A DNA stretch of 64,000 nucleotides, taken from assembly GCF_022458985.1 (NCBI RefSeq), contig NC_061789.1, forward strand, positions 11,415,707-11,479,706, given 5' to 3'. Within the stretch, counting starts at the first letter, position 1. Every line of letters starts with the position of its first letter. The position numbers and the translations under genes were made by a program. This DNA is from Mugil cephalus (taxonomy: Eukaryota). The notes beneath the pieces were generated by a model. The model worked only from the letters and a program-made list of their open reading frames with translations, did no database searches and was not told the DNA's origin. This document shows positions 54,190 through 64,000 of this stretch, piece after piece.

Positions 54190-55150
54190 ACGAAGAATCA
54201 ATTCACCCCAACAACATCGGGAGGTGGGTTTGTAGCTAAAACCACTGTCCCAAGATTTATTTCCATCCAGCGTCGCATTAATTTTTCACAAAGACTTTGT
54301 ACTGACCACTGTGCAAAGCCTTCTCCAGCACATCCCAAAGATTCCCAAAGGGGTTCAGGTCTGGACTCTGTGGAGGCCAATCCATGTGTGAAAATGATGC
54401 TCCCTGAACCACTCTTTGACCATTTGACATCTTGGACCATACCTATGACATAAGAGAAGATGAAATTCATTGATGAAATAACCTGGTCATTCAGTTTATT
54501 CAGATAGTCAGCTGACCTCATTCTTTGGACATAATGTTGCTGAACCTGGACCTGAGCAACTGCAGCAACCCTAAATCATAGATCATGATGGGGACATCGC
54601 TTCATCTGCCTATCTTCTTACCCTGATGCCTCAGGAACAGGGTAAATCTGGACTCATCAGACCACATGACCTTCATCCATTGCTCCAGAGTCCAGTCTTT
54701 ATGCTCCCTAGTAAAATGAAGCCTTTTTTGCTGGTTAGCCTCACTGATTAGTGGTTTTCTTGAAGTTAAACAGCTGTTCAGTCCCAATCCTTTGAGTTCC
54801 CTTCACATTGTTCGTGTTCGTGTGGAAATATTTACTTTCACTATTAAACACAGCCCCGAGTTCTACTGTTGTTTTTCTTCTATTTCATTTCGCCAAATGT
54901 TTAAGCGACCACCATCAATCAGGATTTCTTCCTGGAAGACGATGGTTCCCCGAGATCATTCCAGTTTTTAATAACGCGTTGGATGTTTCTCCGCCGTTAA
55001 TGTTTCTCTGCTTCATACACACCAGTGATCTGATCCTTCTCAAACAGACTAGCATCGTTTCCACAACCCCAGGATGTGTCTCTCCACATGGTTATTTAAG
55101 AAATGAGAAGCCACTCATTACATCTGTTGGGGTTAAATAACTTGTTGCCA
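54190..55150 (-). pseudogene. Tc1/mariner transposase pseudogene, antisense within DOC2 intron 7
   Basis: Minus-strand ORFs give ..QQKRLHFTREHKDWTLEQWMKVMWSDESRFTLF.. and ..[22 protein letters not shown].., which are degenerate Tc1 DDE and WPAQSPDLNPIE.LW regions, with stops and frameshifts. An N-terminal HTH-like stretch lies further upstream on the minus strand, reaching about 55150. Confidence 0.7.
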
Positions 55151-56178
55151 GCTGAAGGTTAATCACCCATGCAGTAATTATCCAATAGGAGGTTGGTACA
55201 TATTTACTTAGTGAAATCCAGGTGGTGACTTTTTTTTTTTGCCCAGTTAGTGTATTAACTACTTAAAATGACGGAAAACACCACAACGCGTAAAATTATT
55301 TAACATTTACATTAGTGTTTATTTTGGCCCTAGTGCCACCCACTAACATAGAGGAGGTAGAGCTTATGACCTATACTGCAGCCAGTCACCAGGGGGAGCT
55401 CTACTTGCTTTGGCCTCACTTTTGAGGAGCTGTCCTGTCGTCCATCTTTGTATACAGTCTATGCGCTGGACAGTAACTCAACAGCACAAGATAGTTCAGA
55501 GAAAATGAAGTTCACTATTCCAGCCGACAGTTCAAAACTTCTTAATTTCCCACACAGATGCTCGCACAGCATCCCCACTGATAACAGAGAACCAGGGGGC
55601 CCGGGAAGAGATGGGTCCCCAGCTGTCTTCTGACTTCCTGATATTCTGCAGTGGTTTGCAAACCAGTGATGAGGAGTCAATCCAGATTCACTTTCGTCCT
55701 TATTATGACCCCATTTAAATCTGCTTATCACAGTGGCAACAGGCAGGGTATACCAGACGCCCCTATGCTCTGGTAATGATTTCTAGGTCTTTCGGAAGGA
55801 TCCCAACATTATACCTGACTCAGTGGTGCAGTGTGAGTCTGACTCAGTGTTAGTAGTTATTAATTAGAGCGTCATTAATGATTGCTTACATGGTTTCTTC
55901 TACTGCAGAGCTTCGGGCTCTCAAACACTTTAATCCTTTAATTAAGAACGATCCTCTTTGTTTTCTCTAATTAATGATTCATTTTCTAATTATCCTCACA
56001 GACACAAATGAAGCAAATGAGAAGCTTTTATAAAACGAAACGTCACCTCTGGTTCAACGCAGACACTGTTACACAGCACAGTGTGCAGGCGTTAAAAAAA
56101 ATAGTTTGTGCTATGGATTTTTTTTTTGTGTGCGTGTGTGTTTCAGCAGCTAAATCACTTGTGGTGTGAAGTGAATAA

Positions 56179-56313
<135 letters not shown>

Positions 56314-57461
56314 TGAATCGCCGATTCACCTCGATGCTCATTCAAATCCGACCTCATCTGGCTCAGCAGCCTTCACCGAAGCATCAGTTTCACCCCAGTC
56401 GGCAGGTTATTTTTCTCCCAAAGGAACCTGACAATCGGATAGATTTACTCTCAAAAACGCCTCGTATTTGATACTTTACAACGAGTCTCATTCCTGTTTG
56501 ATAGTTGACTGAAAATTAAAGCTGCTTTGACTTCTGTCTCCCCTTGATATTCGGCTTAAATTATGAGAGGCGAGGTTTAATAGCAAATTCACTGCGTTCA
56601 TAGAGGTAAAATGCTGTAAAATGTTTCCGAGTACAACAGGCATTGGGTGGGAAACTGTTTTAGCTCAATGTGTAAATGAAAAGCAGGCTCAGCAGACTTC
56701 AATGTAAACTTGAATGTAAACTAATTTGCACATTCCCAATACAACTCTGCTCACAACTGAATGGTCCTGCAACCAATTTTCAAAAACACACTGTTAGCGA
56801 AAATTTGCAAAAAAATTTAATTTTTGGGGGGGACATTCAGGCTATAGGGCTAAGTGACACGGTACTTTTTTTTTCATGCATAATCACGTAATTTTCGAAT
56901 GGTTGAGGAATTAAAGATCGGCCAAGGGTAGACTATTTTACTGTGACGATGAGTGAATATTGTAGAATAATCCCACACTAGTAGTAAAACAGGTTTACGT
57001 GGCCCTGTGTTAGTATTGCCTGATGATGTGGAAATCCGGGGACATTTACAGCTTGGAGATTAAAATAGTAGTAATAATAATAATTAAATATTATCAAGAT
57101 GAAATGAAGAAACAGTGACAATTGCTGTTTCGTTCATTTTGACATATTTATTCTTTTTAAACATACTTAAACTGCCGTGTCTGTCGGTTACTGTAATAAT
57201 TGTAGTCTGCGCGCAACAGCTTAAGGCTAAAATTGGGGACATTTTCGGGGACGGCTTTGGCTGGCGGACAGGTCATTCAAAATGGAGACTGTGCCCAGAA
57301 ATCGAAAACAAACAACTGACGGCGCACTTTTTTTGGGGGAGGCAAAAGTCCTCTCTTTCTACCGCTTCATTTTTCAGACCTTTCCATCTTCACCACGCCT
57401 CACAGAGACACAGAGGCATTATGTAACAAATACACTCCCTTGAAAACGCTGCATTCAGTGA

Positions 57462-57602
<141 letters not shown>

Positions 57603-58439
57603 TAATACGAAGCCCGGAAAACCCTTTGTTCCCAAATCTGGTGTTTGATGGGTCACTGGAGCGTTTCTGAAAGTTTTCAATTATCTTCCGGTTCTGCTGT
57701 GAACAAATGTTGTAAATATTAATGAGTCTAACACTTGCTGCTCATTAGTGCTGGCAAAGCTGCTCAGTGAAAGATTGTGTGTGCTTATGTGTGCGCTTGT
57801 CAAGATCATTACTGCGTATTTGCCATCTGTAGAGCGGAATTAATTCTCTATTGTTTCACAGTGAAATATGCTGGTTAAATGTGTTCACAGGGCGCTAACT
57901 GGCCACACAACACTGCAGAGGAGTGACTTTTATCGCTAGTTTTCCTTTTAGCCCATATTAGATGGACCCATGTCTGATGTCACCAGTTAAATCCATTTAG
58001 ACTTAGCGCCTATCTTTGTTTCTTTGGTAAGTTGACGAAAGAGGCAATGAACTATGGTGCTAACACGAAGAATGTGACAGACTTCTATCTCTCAAAGAAC
58101 CAATACAGAAGTTCAAAAGTTGCAGTTCCTCTAATGGCCACTTGAGTCTGCCTCCAAAAACAAGTCAATCTCCAAAGATCTCCATGTTAAAAAACTTTAC
58201 AGCAGAAACAAACATGTTTTCATGTCTATGTAACATCCACGTGAATACCAGGTCCAAAGGTTTCCCAGTAGAACATTGTACTGTCACGAGATGGTCAATG
58301 TTATTTACTTTTCCTGTCAGTGTCGTGGCTGATTGGTGTAACTCACCTTTTTAGATTATTTCAGGCCTTTTGGACGCCAACTCCCACGTATTCTCGGAGG
58401 CCTCTAACTCTTCCTGTGCTTCCTGTTGCTGGTGTTCAG

Positions 58440-58576
58440 GTGGAGTCTGCCTGAGCTGCCACTCGCAGGGCGATGCCCTCCGTCACTGGATGGACTGCCT
58501 GAAGAACAAGGGCCGCAGGGTGGAGCGGTGGCACATCCTGACCAACGAGCTGCCACGGACCCTCAGCCACGACTAA
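58440..58576 (+). CDS. doc2b: DOC2 terminal coding exon 10 (GGVCLSCHSQGDALRHWMDCLKNKGRRVERWHILTNELPRTLSHD*)
   Basis: The acceptor is ctggtgttcag with AG at 58438-58439. The split codon g+gt is Gly. The TAA stop is at 58574-58576. It matches the DOC2/rabphilin C-terminus (GG.LG...G..LKHW.DCLKNK...ERWH.LT.ELP). The ten exons together total 1326 nt, 441 codons plus stop. Confidence 0.88.
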
Positions 58577-61500
58577 AACCACCCCCGCGCAGGCGGTCGC
58601 TGTCAGGGATCACAAGGTTCACCGAGATCCTCGGCTTGCTTTTACGGGACGGACACAAAAAAAAACACTTCACCGCGGGAATCGGCTGACTGAGAGGAGA
58701 GAGGTGTGTTATAATAAGATCCACCAGGGTGTAGTCGGAGCAGCATGGTGGTGTGCCTTCATTATTGATCAGTAAGTCATCTGGGCAAAGGACTGTTGGG
58801 TCCATCAGCACCGTTTTCATCACACCTGCCCCAGACTCCATGTAAACACCTTTAGATTGGCACGTGTTAATTATGAGGGATGGAACTCACCAAAGTTAAG
58901 TAGACACTTGCATGTTTTTTTCTCTACAGCCCTCAGATATGTCTTGTAAACCATTTTTTATCATCTTGGCTCCCTTTCTGCTGTTTCGGGCAGAATGGTG
59001 CCGTGACCACTGATCGGCTGACGGCTTATTTATTCTTACCAGTTCAGCTCAAGTTTTGTTCATTGGCTCGACTATAATCACAGTAAATCCTGTTCTGCCA
59101 AAGCATGCTGAGCAACAGTTGAGAGTGTATGCATGGACATGTGTTGTGTTTTAACTTAAGCTCGCTACACCAGCTATCAGTCATCTGTTGGTGCACTGCT
59201 CACGTTTGCTGGCTGGTAAGCTAATTAGCCAGTCACCTGTAGCAACTCTCCGTTAATATACAGTAGCCGAAATACGGGCTGGTATTCACACACAAAACAT
59301 TGGGTTAGGCAGGTTTGCTGGAGGTTAACTCCCAAAAATAAGACCAATTTTCTAGTAAATTATTATTTCATTTCACTCAGTCTCATTCCTCAGTGAGGGA
59401 AGGAATGACCATGCCTACTCAGCAAACTACTGGACATGTAATGGACTTTTTTTAGTCACTGCCATCCCTTAGCTAGCAATTATAATTATTGTTAATATTG
59501 AGGTGAACATATGAGTTGAATGCTGAGTGTAGTTATACCTTCAGGACCGTGAACACGTTGAGGAGGCTTCAAAGGCTAAACCAAGGTCCAGAGATGTTTC
59601 TGTTTGCAGTGTTGAACGTAACTCATTGGTACAGCGACACTGGAACAACACTAAACATGAACGGGATTCAGGAGACGGCTAAAACAAGGATTTAACCAAG
59701 TATTACTTGACATCGTCTCAAAATGCTGAAAGTACTCGACCAATTTGAAACGTTTAGCATTACACAAACATTCCTGTACTAGCCAACCTGAGAATGGTAG
59801 TTCCTGGTTGAGAGGGCTGTGCTTTCTCAGGTGTTTGGTCCCTGCTGTAGAAACACAGATCAGAATTTGTTGTGAATTTTTAACCCTGGAAATGTTCCTG
59901 AAAATGAGTTCTTAGGAAACTAAGCAAGTTTTAGATTTTATGTTTTAGTGTCCTTCCTAGCTAAACTTAATTTACAGAAACACACAAGGCAGCTTGAAAG
60001 ATGCTAACAACAGTACTACCATTAGCTCTCCAAGCTACTATCTGTTTGCTAGCTAGCTAGCTAGAATGGTCACTAAAATGACAACAAGATCCCACAGTTA
60101 TTTCCAGAAAAGTAAAACTCTTTGATTATCAGAACCCGTCTTTCTGAAGCAGACTGGTTCTGATAACTTTTCATCAGCTACTTCTGCTGAGTTCCACCCT
60201 CATAATGTCAGCGCTGGGGTTTTATTCCGTGTCATCCAGCTCTGACTTCATCAGGGATGCCAGGCTAATCAGTTTTCCCATTTTATTCCCTTTGGCACAT
60301 AAAGAATAGTAAAACACTGCGCTCACTCACCACGGCTCCAAACTTGACGATCACCAAATGTGAATTCAATTGAAACGTTTTCAAATGATAATAATACATT
60401 TTATCTAAAGGTGCCTTTCAAAACACCCAAGGACACCTTAGAAAGTAATACAGGGTTTATGGGATGAAGGATCTGTTTATATGCCTGTAATGTCATGTGA
60501 AAGACTTGATGCATATTTACTGTAACTGTGGTTTTGTGAATGATTACACTTCAAAGATCAGGAGCAGACCTCTAGGGCTCATGGGAAATTATATCCCATT
60601 CAACAACATGGACAACACTCTATTACAGGAGACATTTTAAGCACATTACGTATCGCTGAGGCTCTTTTCCAAGGTTGGATCTCCTAATGCAGTTTGTTGC
60701 AGGTGTTTTTCTGTTTGTTAAAAAGAGATGTAACATTTGGGGGCGATGATCATCTGGTCTTTAAAGGTGCTAACAGTGTGTTTCAGTGAACAGGTGTAAT
60801 GTCCAATACTGCAACTTTACTGAGAAATGAAACATTCTCCAATTATTTTCTATGGTCATTTTTCATTTCTTGACAGAACTGAATGAACAACTTGTTTTGT
60901 GGGTGTGTCAAAACACAATACCCATGAGCCTTGGCTGCTACGGAGAGAAGATTTGTGGTTGAAGTTGTTGCCAAGGTGTGCAAGCCGCAATTGCTAAACA
61001 GAACCACATTTGGCACCAAATTTGAAAGTGAATTTTAATCTTCAGCCCTTACCGCTCATTATCTCACATCTGAAGCTGTGATCGGATGTTCCTCACTGAC
61101 ACGCACCCTGCTTTTCCCTTAAAATAAAAATGTAATGTACACAGATATTTTTCACCCTTTGCGCATGTCCAAAAAGTGCTATTGTGATTGCTGTTGTGGG
61201 GCATGTGAACTCGCCATATCGGATCATCTTATTTAAATGATTTAATTTGTTTAAACGGTTTAATACGAATCACTGATGAGACAGAATCAAAGGAATGAAT
61301 TAAAAACAAACCAAAAGTCATGAAGTCCTCTAGAAGTTTAAGTTTTTTTTTTCCGCTGCGATCCTTCACAAATGATTGCATTGTTTATATATACAGTATG
61401 CTGCAGTTAATACTATACTTTTGAGCTGTTTCATATTTTTTTTTTAAATGAATTAACTTGAATTAACTGAAGCCTTTGGGCCTCCGTATTAAGCTGGGTT

Positions 61501-62682
61501 ACATCATTTTCCGTGGTTGTAGGTGATCAGGATTTTTACTGCAGGAACCAGGAGCAACTGAAATCCCCTTTTTTTTTTGTTGTTGTTGTTGTGTTGACTT
61601 TAAATTACCTGAAACCAGCAGCTTCATCCACCAAACGCGATCTGATTTCCAACAGCCCTGACACACAGCTCATGTTTCTATTGCACTCCTCAGTAAGACT
61701 GTGAAAAAAAATAAAACTAAGTGCATCCTGTTGACTGATGATGATTTGTCAGTACAAGTGGTTCTTCCTTGTTGTTGCATGATGCAATATGTTGATATAC
61801 TTCTTTCTATCTCTGTACTGCCTGTTTTCTAATGTTGAAGTGAGACACGATGAGGCGTTCAGGTAACATTCTTCTGTTTACAGTGTTCCTGCTCATCTTT
61901 TATGCACGACTGAATGTACGAATGTGGCTTTCTATACGATATCGTTGTTTACACTGATCTTGTGCATTACGGTCGTTCTTACATTTCTATCAGGTGTTTT
62001 ATGTACAACGCAACAATAAATTTGGAATGCAACGCAGGCTGAGGAGTGTGGATTTGTCCTTATTGGAGTCATACTGCCCCCCGCAGACAGAAAACTCAAC
62101 AACACGCTTGTTTTTTTTTTGTTGTTTTTGGTTTCAACACAAATCAGATTAAGTTACTTTTAGAAAACATTAAAGAAACAAATATGTTTCAACTTTACAA
62201 GATAGGTGACCCGTGTCTGATCTGTGTCCCACACGGATGTGCAGATATCCGACAGGACTTGAACGCAGCGGGAGGGCTGTCATCGGTAAAACCTGTTGAG
62301 GTTGGACGAAGCAGAAATGTGCACCGAGGTGGGGGTTAAAGAACTAAATGAATCATTTATTTACTGAGGTTGGTCTGTTTGTCTGTTTTTTTCATCTCGC
62401 TGCCAAACTTCCAACAGGTCAGACACACAAACTGCTGCTTAAAACAACGTTCATATTTAGATTTTAAGTTCCACTTCTCTGTATTTATCAGACTTTAATG
62501 ATAAAAATAAACAAAATGACCCTAAAATAATTAAAATCCTCTCAGTCAGCTACAATATTTAAAATCTTTTTGAACGTTAATGAGTCTATGATAAAAAATG
62601 TTGTGCAAAATATAAAAATAACTGAAAAGGAGTGTTTTTTTGTGTGTTTTTGAATGTGTTTTCTACTTGTAGAGCTTTTAAT

Positions 62683-62870
62683 ACACATTAACATGAATCC
62701 AACCTATTTTAGTAAAGGGATAGCTTAATATTGAATGTTAAATGATAATAATAATGTGTATTTATGAATAGCACTATGCCGAGTTTAATATAGAACTCAT
62801 AATAATAGGTAAGGGGGTCCCTATTTAATCTCTCCATCATTTTGGGGTCCTTGGCCTGATAAACGCTTTT
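62683..62870 (+). mobile_element. MITE family 2, 5'-truncated partial copy D
   Basis: It aligns with 17330-17500 of copy A (..ttaatattgaatg..aatgataataat..gtatttat..agcactatgcc...tttaatatagaac...gggggtccctatttaatc.ctc.atcatttgggg.tccttggcctga.aaac). Confidence 0.55.
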
Positions 62871-64000
62871 TGCTTTAGAGTAAAAGATCTGAGTACAACA
62901 CACTCATGGTCATATTTTAATATTGGCTAAATTTAAAAAAAAAGTTATCAGTTATCTTTGCTAATCTAGAGTGTAGAAAGTTTCTTCACAACATTATTTA
63001 CAGGCTCCGTCTTTGAATGAAAACGATTCTGAATATTTACTTTTGCAGAGTAAAGTTTCAGGACAAATTTCTTCAAACCAAACCTGAATCAAGACGTGGA
63101 TCCTTTAAACCGTCTGTCTGACATGAGCTGCTTCCTGTTAACATAGAACACCACAATTAATTAACACCTTTGATATTTAGTGTGATTCAAAGGCCAAAGT
63201 CAATGAAGGCTCAGTTTATGATGAGTGACTTTAAAAAGATCATTTATCTGTGATGAGGGCTAATGAGATTTATTCATATTCCCTGACCTGAAGAAATGTT
63301 TTATCAATTTATGCAGCTCAAGTTAAATAACTAAATAGTTTAATTTCCTCAGCTTAAGGACTGACGTGTTAAAAACAGCAAATTTAAATAAATAAGACGA
63401 GGCAGAATCCAGACAATTCCCAGATTTGACAGATTTGAACAGCTGTGATTTTACGAAACTGAACAAGAGTCTGTGAGTCATCCTCTGATCCGACAACAGA
63501 AACCAATCAGTTCGATCAATCAAGAGACATTTATTATCAAAAAGCACTGACGCTGCAGACGAGCTGCTCACATTCACACCACAGACACCTCCTTCTGCTC
63601 AAAGACCGAAAACAACGTGCGACTCTGAAGCTTCGTGTCATTCGGAAACGTCCAGATTTAACAGCTCAGACGCAGTGAAGACGACTTATCTGAGGTTCTA
63701 AAGGCTTTTTGGAGCTTAAACGAACCTTAGTGAAAACGTTTCCTTCGATCCAACATCTAGAAGCACACGAAGAATAAACAGTGGCCGCGTTTACATGGAC
63801 ATATTCTGACTGAGGTGGTTACGTGAGACATTTTTTTCCTGATAAGTTGGTGTCCACGGAAACGCAGCCACTGCATCACGTGTTTATTCATTCGCGGGTT
63901 GTTTTTCAGTTTCCTGCTGATACGAACATCTTCGTGTGTAGAAACACCGACCTGACGACCGACTGACAGCTCAGTGAAATGAAAGGGCCGCTTTTGATGA

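Noticed and set aside
58563-58841. This is a 92-aa minus-strand ORF overlapping the DOC2 terminal exon and 3' flank.
   Set aside because: It is antisense to the terminal exon, with no homology and no splice context.

Overview
This window is vertebrate nuclear DNA, most likely from a ray-finned fish (inference); it is not prokaryotic and contains no defence system or operon. It has no dense coding, no operons and no CRISPR array. It is AT-rich with many microsatellites and is full of eukaryotic transposon relics: Tc1/mariner pseudogenes, a LINE reverse-transcriptase fragment, and several MITE families with recognisable terminal inverted repeats. The one protein-coding gene I can support is a complete DOC2-family (double C2 domain) gene on the + strand. 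It has 10 coding exons from 26900 to 58576 (441 codons), canonical GT/AG splice sites and consistent intron phases. It encodes the N-terminal Munc13-interacting motif ([20 protein letters not shown]), a C2A domain across exons 3-5, and a C2B domain across exons 7-10. The first 26 kb appears to be intergenic or upstream sequence dominated by repeats. Beyond the gene model, the points worth a second look are GT/CA microsatellites abutting several 5' splice sites, a Gly/Glu-rich insertion before C2B, an intronic cluster of CRE, CArG, CCAAT and GC boxes, a MITE family carrying CCAAT and GC-box motifs with one copy about 400 bp upstream of coding exon 1, a hAT-type MITE with an 8-bp target-site duplication, a 1-kb higher-order minisatellite, and a speculative minus-strand signal-peptide-like first exon. 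All calls come from reading the sequence and from remembered protein-family knowledge; no database search was run.
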